A stretch of DNA of 63,693 bases, the filler included, from Octopus bimaculoides (lineage: Eukaryota): NCBI RefSeq assembly GCF_001194135.2. It is 5 parts of 5 records of this genome, joined end to end, with 100 filler letters (N's around TTAATTAATTAA, not from the genome) between each part and the next. Parts side by side here need not be neighbours in the genome. Positions count along the whole stretch, not along the records: positions 13,803 to 31,521 come from NC_069004.1; positions 31,622 to 54,392 come from NC_068981.1; 3 more parts are not named here. One strand, written 5' to 3'. A program made the position numbers and the translations under genes. The notes beneath the pieces are model-generated. The model saw nothing but the letters and a program-made list of their open reading frames with translations. It did not search any database and was not told where the DNA came from. The stretch's first letter is position 1; each line of letters opens with the position of its first letter. This document shows, one piece after another, positions 26,265 through 38,935 of the stretch.

Positions 26265-26444
26265 TATTCTTTTATTTGTTTCAGTCATTTGACTGCGGCC
26301 ATGCTGGAGCACCGCCTTTAGTCGAACAAATCGATCACAGGACTTATTCTTCGTAAGCCTAGTACTTATTCTATCGGTCTCTCTTTTGCCGAAGCGCTAA
26401 GTTAAGGAGATGTAAACACACCAACAGCGAAGGTAGGGGGACAA

Positions 26445-26475
<31 letters not shown>

Positions 26476-26640
26476 TATACACGACGGGGTTCTTTCAGCA
26501 TCCGTCTACCAAATCAACTCACAAGGCTTTGGTCGGCCCAAAGCTATAGCAGAAGACACTTGCCCAAGGTGCCACGCAGTGGGACTGAACCCAGAATCCA
26601 TGTGGTTGGGAAGCTAGCTTCTCACCACACAGCCGCTCCT
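26265..26640 (-). mobile_element. SINE family E, near full length
   Basis: Tail tttcagtcatttgactgcggccatgctggagcaccgcc through head ctcaccacacagccgctcct. Confidence 0.9.
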
Positions 26641-26697
26641 GATATTACTTTATATCATACTATATTAGATATTATACAATATACTATTATTATATAT

Positions 26698-26917
26698 GGC
26701 TCTGTGAGCTGGCAGAATCGTTAGCATGCGGGACAAAATGCTAAGCGGCAATTCGTCCGGTTGTACGTCCTGAGTTCAAATTGCGCCCAGGTTGACTTTG
26801 CTTTTCATCCTTTCGGAGTGAATGCAATAAGCACCAGTTGAGTACTGAGGTCAATGTAATCGATGGGCACCGAACTCCAAATTCCAAGACTTGTCCCCTG
26901 TAGGAGAAAGAATTATT
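26698..26917 (+). mobile_element. SINE family B
   Basis: gagctggcagaatcgttagc head plus the same core. Confidence 0.85.
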
Positions 26918-28546
26918 CACAAGTATGGGCGAAGGTCTGGACTTGATAAGAATTTCGCTTCACCAGGGCGCTATTGCGTAGTGTGTGTGTGTGCGAAAAG
27001 TGAGGAAACAAGAAATCGATGCTCCTCCATTGGAATCCCATGTGATATTTGTTTTGCATCGATTTAAAAAGACATCCCTTGTCACTCTCTCTGCCGAAAA
27101 TTTTATGATCCACCTCACTGGCAACCTGGAACCAACGAAGCTACTCAGCAAAATTTATATCGATTTAATCGATTTTACTGATCCATTAAATGTTGGGCAT
27201 TATATCGATGTGATTAATCGATATTATTATTATAGCAATTTTGTATTTGATTGGCAAGATATTTGATGTGAAATCGTGTGTTGTGCTAGATACTGTTAGA
27301 CACTGAAAGGGACAACTGTCCTACCTATATACACACACATACACGTGCGCTGGTGGAGAGAAAATGTGATAAACGGAAGAAGAAACAAAAAGAAAACAAG
27401 AAAGAAAGAAAAGAAAGGGAAACGGAAGAAAAGAAAACAGGAAGAAGAAACAGGAAGAAAGAAAGAATGTCACTGGTACTAGAGTTAATTCATCTGCTTA
27501 TCTGCCATGTTTTCTATTGAATTCTTTGAACATTCTAATTCCTACTTACCTCAACTTCATTCTCCTCTTTCAAAACACTCCCTCCAGTTCCCCTTCCTCT
27601 TCCTATTATTTCTTTTTTCTCCCTTCATCATATTTTCTCTGTCATTAAACGTGCAAGGTTCGTCCATTTATCAGTTATAGATTGCGCGGAAACGCCGTGT
27701 ACCCCACAGGCAAAACTCAGAGCAGCAAGCGGCTGATTCGACCAATAACTTTATAGTTAATCTCTACACTGAGTACTCCTTTCTCCAGACAGTCACATAT
27801 TAGCAATATGTGTGTTGGNNNNNNNNNNNNNNNNNNNNNNNNNNNNNNNNNNNNNNNNNNNNNNNNNNNNNNNNNNNNNNNNNNNNNNNNNNNNNNNNNN
27901 NNNNNNNNNNNNNNNNNNNNNNNNNNNNNNNNNNNNNNNNNNNNNNNNNNNNNNNNNNNNNNNNNNNNNNNNNNNNNNNNNNNNNNNNNNNNNNNNNNNN
28001 NNNNNNNNNNNNNNNNNNNNNNNNNNNNNNNNNNNNNNNNNNNNNNNNNNNNNNNNNNNNNNNNNNNNNNNNNNNNNNNNNNNNNNNNNNNNNNNNNNNN
28101 NNNNNNNNNNNNNNNNNNNNNNNNNNNNNNNNNNNNNNNNNNNNNNNNNNNNNNNNNNNNNNNNNNNNNNNNNNNNNNNNNNNNNNNNNNNNNNNNNNNN
28201 NNNNNNNNNNNNNNNNNNNNNNNNNNNNNNNNNNNNNNNNNNNNNNNNNNNNNNNNNNNNNNNNNNNNNNNNNNNNNNNNNNNNNNNNNNNNNNNNNNNN
28301 NNNNNNNNNNNNNNNNNNNNNNNNNNNNNNNNNNNNNNNNNNNNNNNNNNNNNNNNNNNNNNNNNNNNNNNNNNNNNNNNNNNNNNNNNNNNNNNNNNNN
28401 NNNNNNNNNNNNNNNNNNNNNNNNNNNNNNNNNNNNNNNNNNNNNNNNNNNNNNNNNNNNNNNNNNNNNNNNNNNNNNNNNNNNNNNNNNNNNNNNNNNN
28501 NNNNNNNNNNNNNNNNNNNNNNNNNNNNNNNNNNNNNACACACACA

Positions 28547-28578
<32 letters not shown>

Positions 28579-28638
28579 CATGCATGCACAGATAGACGCA
28601 TATTCGTATGTATGTGTGAGTGTGTATGTGTATATGTG

Positions 28639-28669
<31 letters not shown>

Positions 28670-29319
28670 ATATACACATTAACACATGCATATACTCATA
28701 AACACGTAGGTGTGTGTGTATCTATATATCTAGATTTTAAGTATATATATATGTATGCATACATATATATATAAATACATATATACTTACACACATGTTT
28801 ACATATACACGAGCATATATATATATATACACGGATGTATGCATGTATAGCTACTTATATGTACACGCACATTTATACTTGCATACATATACAATCGCCA
28901 CATTCGTTTGTGTATTTATATTTATACAGACAATGCTTATATTCTGTAAGTATATACACACACGCACATCATGTGTGTGTGCATGTGTGTGTCCGTCCAC
29001 TTATATATTAGCCTCTTTGTTACTCTATTTCCTGTTTAGTGTTGTACTATTTACACTGAATCACCAAAGATCATTGAACTTCGTTTCAGAGTTTTGCCGT
29101 TTTGTTTGTTCGTTTTATTTATTTTCTTTTCTGTTTTTTTTTTTCTCTCTTGTTTTTCTATTTCTAATTTATTTTGTTTCTTTACTTTTGGTGTTCGTTA
29201 AAGCTAATTTTCAAACATATCTTCGCAGCAATAAAATGACAGACATTTTTGGATACACATACACACACACACATATATATATATGTATATACNNNNNNNN
29301 NNTACAGATATTGTATATA

Positions 29320-29504
29320 GAGAAAAAGGAGGCAGTCAGAATTTTGGGTAATTCTTTAGTAACGCTATCGTTCATTTAACCGAACTCTTCAAGACAAAAA
29401 TTAAAACTAAAATTTGATTTCAAATTTTGTCTTGAACAGTTCGGTTAAACGAACGAAAGTGATAATAAAGAATTATCCAAAATTCTGACTGTCTCCTTGT
29501 TCTC
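29320..29504. mobile_element. Foldback MITE (about 80-bp inverted arms)
   Basis: gagaaaaaggaggcagtcagaattttggg...ttcaagacaaaa pairs with ttttgtcttgaa...ccaaaattctgactgtctccttgttctc. Confidence 0.85.
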
Positions 29505-29708
29505 AATAAATATATGTATGTACATGTGTTTGTGTGTATGCGCGTGCGTCTGCGTCTGTGTGAATTTTACAAGGAAAGAGTCAAAAGTTATTTGAAGTTA
29601 TTGCTTAAAAAACGTTCATGAAAGTTAATTCAAACAGAACTTGGCCCTCTTCTGTTGACCGTAACATCCACACTACTCGAACACCTATAGACACGAAGTG
29701 TAACTTAC

Positions 29709-29877
29709 CTATGTGATAGTTCATTATCGTTCTCAAAGAATCGTAGTCCAAGACTGACGGGAAGCCATATTTTTCGGGCTTGAAGTTTTGAAAAGCTTTG
29801 TTTGACGGTAGAAAGGCCGTTATGTTTTTAGCTTGGAGCATTCGTGTTAGAAATTCCTTTGATAACTTTTGGGAAAT
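29709..29877 (-). CDS. Internal exon of a fasciclin (FAS1) domain protein (TGFBI/periostin-like domain)
   Basis: Acceptor tctctcttttgcag| and donor |gtaagt; 169 nt, phase 0 to 1. Translates ISQKLSKEFLTRMLQAKNITAFLPSNKAFQNFKPEKYGFPSVLDYDSLRTIMNYHI. ITAFLPSNKAF matches the FAS1 H1 motif (TxFAPxNxAF) and IMNYHI matches the YH motif. Confidence 0.9.
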
Positions 29878-29901
29878 CTGCAAAAGAGAGACACGATAAC
29901 G

Positions 29902-29906
<5 letters not shown>

Positions 29907-29941
<35 letters not shown>

Positions 29942-30186
29942 TAATAATAATCCTAATAATCATAATAATAATAATAATAATCCTTTCTGGTGAAGACACA
30001 AGGCCTTGAAATTTGGGAGGAGAGGGTTTGTCGATTACAGCGATCCCAATGTTTCACTGGTACTAAATTTATCGACCCCGAAAGGATGAAAGTCAAAGTT
30101 GACCTCGGCGGGATTTGAACTCAGAACGTAAAGACTCACGAAATGCTGCTGAGCATTTCATCCAGCGTGCTAACGATTCTGCCACT
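29907..30186 (-). mobile_element. SINE family B with (TTA)n tail
   Basis: tttatcgaccccgaaaggatgaaag...cggcgggatttgaactcag. Confidence 0.85.
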
Positions 30187-30664
30187 CAAGTATTTCATTC
30201 AATCGATTCCGATGTGTTGATTTGAAGAATAAATGTTTGAATACGTGTAAATGTCGCAGTTGCATTTAATACCACTGCTTCCTATGCACAAGTATTAAGA
30301 AAATATTTAAAATGCATTATATATATATATATATGTATGTATATATTTGTGTGTGTGGGGGGGCACTCGAGTTTCAGGCGACTGCAATCATCAAGCGAAA
30401 CTCGGAACGTAATGTTCACTTGAAGATCACAGATGCGTGAAACTATAATTGCGAAATAAAATTTCATCTTCAGTTTAAGTAAATAAACCGATATATTCCT
30501 ACAACGTGTATTGAGTGCTCCTTTCTCATACGTTCGACGAAGTAACGCACGTGTGTGTATACGTGTGTGTGTGTGTGTCTATTTATATATCTATATCCCT
30601 ATTTATATATATATACCTATCTACCTCTTCATATCTTTCTCTCTCTATCTCTCTCATATATATA

Positions 30665-30788
30665 CAGAGTGTCCACAAAGTCTGGGTACATGGGGATTAA
30701 CACATACTTTAAGAATTTATAATTTCTTATATTTAATTGTTTATGCTATGATTTTATTTACTCCATGTACCCAGACCTTGTGGACACC

Positions 30789-30791
<3 letters not shown>
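30665..30791. mobile_element. Tc1/mariner-type MITE (127 bp)
   Basis: TIRs CAGAGTGTCCACAAAGTCTGGGTACATGG / CCATGTACCCAGACCTTGTGGACACCCTG, flanked by TA on both sides. Confidence 0.9.
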
Positions 30792-30842
<51 letters not shown>

Positions 30843-31521
30843 GTCACTTTCTAAACGCTATCTTTAAGGTCGCGTGTTAGTGCCAGTTCTCAAGCAATAA
30901 TAATGAATTTACCCACCAATCACTAGAACAGTGTTGAGGAGCGGATGAGAGATAAGGCTACATAACAAGAACAACAACAACAATGACTATAGGAAAACAA
31001 GAAATAATGCCACAAAATTGTAAATAAATTTCCTTTCTTGTTCTTTCAATCTCTACAAGACATTTCACTTTATTCACCAGAACTTGGCTTGTCATCTCTT
31101 TAAAACTCAAGATAGACTTTGAGCCCTTTACACCTAAAAGCGTAAACAATGACGTAAATAATGGCGCCTTTGTTTCGCTATCTCACTACGAGTAGTAGCG
31201 TCCCTTGAATTTAGAACAATTCATTCATGAGTTGGATATACTCAGAAATATACAATTGCCTCTCTATCAAATGATAACGGTCTGTCTACTGTCGAGTCTC
31301 TTAGTCTGATTATGTACGCGCGCGCGTGTGTGTGTGTGTGTGTGTGTCCTTGTGTGTGAGTCAGTGAATGGTGGTCTCGTTCGCTCTGTCTCATATAAAG
31401 TGCAAACACCCTATATAAATGTCTGTGTGTGTATACGTGCAAATATATTGACATATTTATACTTATGTATAACCTTTTTACATTTATAAAAAAAAAGCAT
31501 CTTTATACTTATAAACACACA

Positions 31522-31621
31522 NNNNNNNNNNNNNNNNNNNNNNNNNNNNNNNNNNNNNNNNNNNNTTAATTAATTAANNNNNNNNNNNNNNNNNNNNNNN
31601 NNNNNNNNNNNNNNNNNNNNN
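31522..31621. other. Artificial scaffold spacer
   Basis: Same 44+12+44 layout. Confidence 0.95.
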
Positions 31622-31690
31622 TTTTTATTTGTAGTTCATGCATGTGTGCGGGTTACTTTGCGCGTATGTATGTTTGTGTATAAGTGTATA

Positions 31691-31721
<31 letters not shown>

Positions 31722-31789
31722 CATAAATATATAGGGATTGACAGTTGAGCTACCCGGCAGAAATTGTTAATTATTAATTTTATTACTAA

Positions 31790-31898
31790 TTGATGATTCC
31801 CTGCCCTGCATATCTATATATATATATATATATATACATATAGTCTGTGGTGTGTGTGTATGTATATTTATATGTAAGTATATACGTGTATATAAAAC

Positions 31899-31941
<43 letters not shown>

Positions 31942-32896
31942 CGGATATATATATATGTGTGTGTGTATGTATATAAACAATAATAAGCCACGAGCTGACA
32001 TTCGCGTATATGCTTGTGTGTATAGTGTATGTACATGTGTGTGTGACTATATAAGCATATATAAACACACACAAATACGTTTCTATGTAGGTATATACAT
32101 ACGCGTATATAATAAGTATGTGTGTATATGCAGTGTGTGTGTGTGTGTGTATTTGTACATGTATATGAATATATAAACATAAGCATGTGAGCGTGTATAA
32201 CTATGTATGTACATATATACGTGTATGTAAATGTGTGTGTGTATACGTGTTAATGCGCGTGTATATTATTAGTATGTGCATATGTGTGTATGTAAGTGTA
32301 TACGTGCGTGTTTGTGTATTTATATACATAATATAAACATATACATGTGGATATGTGTTTATTAATATATGCGTATATATGTATGTGTATGTGGTTGTGT
32401 GTGTGCAGTGTGTATATTTACATGTGTGTGTGTTTAGGTATATGTGTATATACATGGGACTACATGTGTGTGCGTGGTTATGTATGTATGCATCCATGCG
32501 TGTGTGTGAGCATGTGTGTCTCTGTATCAATATGTGAGTGTGTGCGCGTGTTTGGCATACGTGTGCGTACCTGAATGCGTATGTTTGTGTGTGATTATGT
32601 ATGTTTGAACATGTGTATGTACATGTAGTGCGTGCGCAAGTGTTTATGTGTGCATGTATACATGCATATATATATATATGTATTTCTATGTGTGCGCGTG
32701 TGTACGAGTTTGCTGTGTTTGTGTATACGTTTGTCATATGTGTGTACGTATTCACGTGTGTATGTATGTATGTATATATATTCGTTTGTCATGTGTGTAC
32801 GTGTTCACATGTGTGTATGTATATATATTCATTTGTTATATGTGTGTACGTGTGCACGTGTGTGTCTAAGTATGTGTATACGCTTGTTATATATGT

Positions 32897-32932
<36 letters not shown>

Positions 32933-32935
32933 ATA
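31790..32935. repeat. Degenerate (TG)/(TA) compound tract of about 1.1 kb
   Basis: Seen directly. Confidence 0.9.
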
Positions 32936-33565
32936 TATGTGAACAGAGAGAGAGAGATCTGGACTCGCTTTCTCTGCGGATGACGTAATACACGCATTCA
33001 ATTGAGTGAAGTGAACAAGGAAACAAGGACAGCAAAGCATTTGGAGCGAGCATGTGAAGGNNNNNNNNNNNNNNNNNNNNNNNNNNNNNNNNNNNNNNNN
33101 NNNNNNNNNNNNNNNNNNNNNNNNNNNNNNNNNNNNNNNNNNNNNNNNNNNNNNNNNNNNNNNNNNNNNNNNNNNNNNNNNNNNNNNNNNNNNNNNNNNN
33201 NNNNNNNNNNNNNNNNNNNNNNNNNNNNNNNNNNNNNNNNNNNNNNNNNNNNNNNNNNNNNNNNNNNNNNNNNNNNNNNNNNNNNNNNNNNNNNNNNNNN
33301 NNNNNNNNNNNNNNNNNNNNNNNNNNNNNNNNNNNNNNNNNNNNNNNNNNNNNNNNNNNNNNNNNNNNNNNNNNNNNNNNNNNNNNNNNNNNNNNNNNNN
33401 NNNNNNNNNNNNNNNNNNNNNNNNNNNNNNNNNNNNNNNNNNNNNNNNNNNNNNNNNNNNNNNNNNNNNNNNNNNNNNNNNNNNNNNNNNNNNNNNNNNN
33501 NNNNNNNNNNNNNNNNNNNNNNNNNNNNNNNNNNNNNNNNNNNNNNNNNNNNNNNNNNNNNNNNN

Positions 33566-33601
<36 letters not shown>

Positions 33602-33837
33602 CTAAACTGGCAATATGACCATCCCCAAGTACAACAATATATATATATATATGTATATGTATATGTATATGTATATATGTATATATATGCAAAGTGTAGT
33701 GTAATATATATGTATGTGTATATATATGTGTGTGTACATATATATGTATATAAATGGCGGTGCCCCAGCATGGCCACAGCTCATGAGCTGAAACTAGATA
33801 AAATGAAAAATATATATATGTGTGTGTGTGTATATCT

Positions 33838-33993
33838 TATCTTTTACTTGTTTTAAGCATTAGACTGAGGTCATACTGGGGCACCACTTTGAAGAATTCT
33901 AGTCTAATGAATGGATGATAGTATTTTTTAAAATTTTTATTTTAAAGCCTGCTACTTATTTCGTCAAAATCTATGCCGAACCGCTAAGTTAGA

Positions 33994-33995
<2 letters not shown>
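33838..33995 (-). mobile_element. SINE family E 3' half
   Basis: cttttacttgttt...ggggcaccac...gccgaaccgctaagtta. Confidence 0.7.
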
Positions 33996-34092
<97 letters not shown>

Positions 34093-34740
34093 CACACGCA
34101 CACACACATAATGTTAATATTTTTTTGATGTTCAGTCATGATAAAAACAAGTTTTACGTTAATCTGATGGCTTACTCTGTACTTTTGTGGAGTACAAATT
34201 TATTCTTCTTAAGCAAGAATGTTGTTGATAGTGACTTCGAAGTTTCGGCCAGTCAAGTGATCGACTATGGTTTAAATGAAGGAAACTTAGAAGTCCCTGT
34301 CGATACTATTCTTGTTTTTAAAAAATCAATACACACACGCGCACATAGTTGTGTGTGTTTAATGTAACGTGAATTGGGTTAAGTTTGCGAAGCAAAACAT
34401 CGTAGTTGAAACGAACGTGTGGTAGTGTGTTGTTTATTGTTTGTGACAACAGTGTGAAATATGCGAAATTGTTCGTTTTATCTTACTGTGAATATTGTGT
34501 ATGGAGGTGTATGTATGTGTGGAGAGAGAGAAAGAGAGAGAGAGAGGAAGAAAGAGAACTATCGATAAAAAATTATGTATAAACGGAAAAACTATATAAA
34601 CATGCAAATCTGGTCAATTTCCAATTCTAAATTGCCTGAAGAGCCTGTGCACCTACAGGTGAAACTCAGGGTAAGAAGAGGTCAACTCAACCAAAGTAAA
34701 ATACCTCTACTATAGTATTGAGAACTTTTTCCAATAATAC

Positions 34741-34774
<34 letters not shown>

Positions 34775-34949
34775 CATAAAGCGGTTTTCTCCCCCATCCT
34801 TCTCTAATTCCCTTTTTCTCCCCTTCACCATTTTCTATCTGTCTCTCTCCCTCCCCCTCTTTCTCTTTTCCTCTTTCTTGTTGCACGCAAGTGACCATCG
34901 TCCATCTTTCTTTTCCTGTACGGTCTAGCTCCTAGCTTTAGAATTAAAA

Positions 34950-35253
34950 GCTATACCAACCACCGAACTGGAGGGCACTGCATAATACCAAACAAACTGT
35001 TTTCTTCATCTCAGATAAGGACCCTAGTATTGTAGCAGCTTGTGTTTCAGGGACCATAATTGTTTAATATTCCTCCAAGGAACCTAAGGGATCTGAAAGG
35101 TGTCGATGTGGAAACGTTAAAAAAACCTCAGGACAAATTTCTATCTGAAATCCGGAATGAGCCCACATCACAGAAGGAGGCGCAAAGGAGAGCAGCTTCG
35201 TCTAAATCGCTTCTTCACCAAAAACAGTATGGAAAGGAGACCCTAAAATACTG
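34950..35253 (+). mobile_element. CR1-group LINE 3' end fragment
   Basis: RTGGHCIIP...QGP*LFNIPPRNLRDLKGVDVETLKKPQDKFLSEIRNEP, the typical GPxLFNxLP...FKxxLDxFL tail. Confidence 0.75.
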
Positions 35254-35329
35254 AAAGACAGTGCTCCAGCATGGCCCCCAGCCTCTGGCTTAGACCAGTA
35301 AAAGAATAAAAAAGGAAGAAATACATTCA

Positions 35330-35761
35330 TACACACACACACTCACACACACATACATCACACACACACACACATCACACTTACACACACACTCACCCAT
35401 ACATACACACACTCTCATACACACACACACTCACACACACACACACACACTCACACACACACTCACACACACGCATAGACACATATCACACTCACATACA
35501 CACACCACACATACACTCACACACACACCACACACTCACACACGCACACACATCCCATACACACAAACTCACACACACATACACCACACATACATACACA
35601 CATACACACATACATACACACACACGCACACACACATACACTCACCCTCACACACGCACACATACACCACACACACACATACATACACACTCATACACAT
35701 ACATACACTCACCCCATACACACACGCACTCACACATACTCACCCCGCACACACGCATACG

Positions 35762-35800
<39 letters not shown>

Positions 35801-35815
35801 TGCTATACACACAAA
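35330..35815. repeat. Degenerate (CA)-rich tract immediately downstream of the 35825 donor
   Basis: Seen directly. Confidence 0.9.
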
Positions 35816-35824
35816 CGTATATAC

Positions 35825-35936
35825 CATTCTGTCATGATATTTATTGAATCGCTCAGGGTCGTGGGTCTCAACCATTTCATACTCATTGATCCCTTTGAAA
35901 ACAGTGGACCCTGACAGCCGTTTCAAGTTTAAAAAC
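35825..35936 (-). CDS. FAS1 gene exon carrying the start of the FAS1 domain
   Basis: Acceptor ttctataaacag| and donor |gtatat (weaker); 112 nt, phase 2 to 0. Translates FLNLKRLSGSTVFKGINEYEMVETHDPERFNKYHDRM and joins in phase to ISQKL..., resembling the FAS1 N-terminal helices (YEML...ERFS.F..LM). Confidence 0.75.
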
Positions 35937-36701
35937 CTGTTTTATAGAACAATTTTTTTCAAAATTTCTGTTTGGTTTTTCACACTTTCACGTCTGTAGT
36001 TTCGACTATGTCAAAGCGTTAGAGAAAGAAACCTAACTTGTATTAAATACATCTGAAGCCCAAGAAGGGACACATTGGAACTGAACAGGGAGACCCATCT
36101 AAAAGTTACAAACATTCAGACATAATGTCTTTGTAAGGCATCATGGAGTGGGTAGATGAAAGAAATAGCCTAAGATACAAAGGGCTTGGTGGGAATTTAG
36201 TAAGGCATGTGTGGTGCTTTCACCAGAGGTGAGGATGTTGTGAGATTGAAGCTAGATCCAGAATATTCTATCTGGTTGTTATTGGACGTAGAAGAATATG
36301 GCAGAGAGTAATTCGTGAATTGAGATGGGAATTAAAAATAACGTTTGACTATTGATGTATATGGTATGAGATGTTTTGGTACAGCTGTTTTGGCGCCGCT
36401 TATTTGGTGTCGCTGATTCGACGCTGATTTATTTGACATCAGACGTTTTAATGTCTCTCTCTCATTCAGTGTCTGTGTGTGTGTGTGCACGAGAGTGTGT
36501 TTGTGTGCATGTATGTATGTGTATGCATGTGTATATGCGTATGTATGTGTATGTCTTCAAATACACTCATGCACACATCTTTTACCTTTTGCTTCAGTCT
36601 TTAGACTGCTGTCATACTGGAGCACTGCCTTGGAGTAATTTTAGTTGTATGAATCGACCCCCATTACATGTTGTCATCGACTTATGGCCCATCCGACTCA
36701 C

Positions 36702-36737
36702 GACCGATTGACTTTACGACGATTGGCGCTCCAGCTC
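36702..36737 (-). CDS. Candidate 36-nt upstream exon of the FAS1 gene
   Basis: Strong donor |gtgagt and acceptor ttattgctgccag|. Phase 2-2 gives SWSANRRKVNR(S), compatible with the 35936 exon. An alternative acceptor exists at 36769. Confidence 0.4.
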
Positions 36738-37119
36738 CTGGCAGCAATAATAAATAGTTTAATTGAAATCTAATGGGTTAAATTTCTCAGAAATTAACCC
36801 GTCTATGGATGACGTCAGCTAGTAAAAGCTTCCCCTAGGTTTAGTTATTGATTGCCACTGTGTTGGATGACTATTCTGTTGCGAAGACATCAAGGCAACC
36901 TCCTATTTGTTTATAAGACGACTGCTTGAGACTCTGAAATGTTTTACTAACACCTGTATAATAGTATAATACAGAATGGTGTGTGTGACTTTTACCTGAG
37001 AATCTACCTTAAGAATGTAAAAATATAAAACAAAGCTATGTAGACATAGGCCGACTTACGACCAGTCAGTCAGAAACAAATGTGGTCATAAGTCAACGAC
37101 GACCTGTACTCTTTTTTTT

Positions 37120-37247
37120 AAAGTTTGGTACTTATTCTGTCTGTCTCTTTCACCGAACTGCTAGATTACGGGGACATAAAAACATTAACACCTGTTGTCA
37201 AGCGATGGTGGGGGACAAACATAATAACATGCTTACATGTATATATA

Positions 37248-37284
<37 letters not shown>

Positions 37285-37285
37285 G
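37120..37285 (-). mobile_element. SINE family E 3' half abutting the RTE fragment
   Basis: ggtacttattctgtctgtctctttcaccgaactgctag...caagcgatggtgggggacaaac. Confidence 0.75.
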
Positions 37286-37289
37286 TTTA

Positions 37290-38610
37290 GAAGGAGTTTA
37301 TGTTGAAATGCTTAAAACAGAGGTCAAAACATTACCAATTATTTTCCAAAATATCTGGATCAATGAGGAAATACCAAACAGCTGGGAAAAGGGACTCATT
37401 GTAAAATTACCAAAGAAAGGCGATGCAACAGACTGCAATAATTGGAGAGGAATCACTCTATTTACCAATCACCAGTAAAATATTCACCCATATCATATTG
37501 CAGCGCTTCACAGCAGCAGCAGCAGGAGACCAATTACTTCACCAAGAGCTAGCTGGAATCAGGAAAGGAAAATCATGTATTGACGATATTTTTGTAATGG
37601 AACTCATCTTTGTAAATGCTGTTTGTTGACTTTGAAAAAACTTTCGATTGCTTTCACCAAGATTCTCAGACACTATAATTTTCCACACAAATTAGTCAAG
37701 ATGATTCGTTTATTGTATGAAAACTTTGAATATCAAGTTGTACACAACAACAAACTGACGGATCTGTTCGAAATCAAAATCAGACTCAAACAAGGATGCG
37801 TGTTATCATTAATCTTATTTTCATTGGCAGTGAATTGGTTGATGCAAAGAACGACGGAAGAATATAAATGAGGGAGAGGATGGAGTGCAACTCAACTAGA
37901 AGAGCTAGATTACGCAGACGACATTTGTTTGTTCCCATACACGCCTCAGGAGTTACGAGGCAAATCTGAAAGATTTAATCAAATAGCCAACACCATAGGT
38001 CTCAAAATCAACAAGAAGAAAACATGCACTCTTTGTAAAACAGATATAACAGATGTGGACCATGTGACATTGAACGATAAACTAATCAGAAATGTTGATG
38101 AGTTTAACTATCTAGACGCCAAAATAACAATGGACGGAGACTGTATTCATGAAATAAATACAAGAATCAGCAAAGCCAACCAATCATTTGGTATGTTAAA
38201 CTCAATATGGAAATCATCAATACTTAGCAAGAGCACCAAAATACGATTTTACGAAAGCAACATACTTTGTATCCTCCTCTATGGATCTGAATGTTGGAAA
38301 ACAACCAAAAGTATTGAAAAGAAATTGGAGGGGTTTCAAAATAAATGTTTATGAAAAATTTTGAAGGTGAATATGATCTTGAATAACCAATTACACATCA
38401 AAGCTAGTGTGAAACCAGTAAGAGAAACTATTGATGCAAGGAGATGGAAATGGCTGGGCCGAGTTTGTTGCTAGAAATCGAACTCAGTTGTCAGGATTGT
38501 TTTGTAATGGGTTCCACTAGGAAAAAGAAGATGGTGGCCAACCAAAGGAAACGTGGTGGGGAACAATAATGGAAGATCTTAAAAGCAGAAGGTTAACAAT
38601 GGAACAGGCT
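37290..38610 (+). mobile_element. RTE-clade LINE, 5'-truncated and frameshifted RT plus C-terminus
   Basis: IPNSWEKGLIVKLPKKGDATDCNNWRGITL, KQGCVLSLILF, ELDYADDICL, GLKINKKKT, LLYGSECW, RRWKWLG. Confidence 0.92.
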
Positions 38611-38624
38611 TTCAAGGACGCTTT

Positions 38625-38935
38625 CAGGGTTAGAAGGTAGAATCATGAGTTAGTGAGTTCGATTTCCAAACCGGGCTGTGTGTTGTGTTCTTGAGCAAGA
38701 CACTTTATTTTACGTTGCCCCAGTTAACTCAGCTGAAGAAATGAGTTGCAACGTCACTGGTGCCAATCTGTATCAGCCCTTTTGACTTTCCCTTGGATAA
38801 CATCAGTGATGTGGAGAGAGGAGGCTGGTATGCATGGGTGAATACTGATCGTCCATAAGTAAGCTTGCCCGAATGTACCTTGGAAGGGAATTTTCTAGGT
38901 GCAATCTCATGGTCATTCAGGAACTCAAGGGGTTT
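38625..38935 (+). mobile_element. SINE family D at the 3' end of the RTE fragment
   Basis: Same body as 3031-3365. Confidence 0.85.

Noticed and set aside
31078-31133. Minus-strand 56-nt exon candidate (VKGSKSILSFKEMTSQVL)
   Set aside because: It starts in phase 1 and cannot follow the 35825 exon, which joins 29877 directly and gives a better FAS1 N-terminus.
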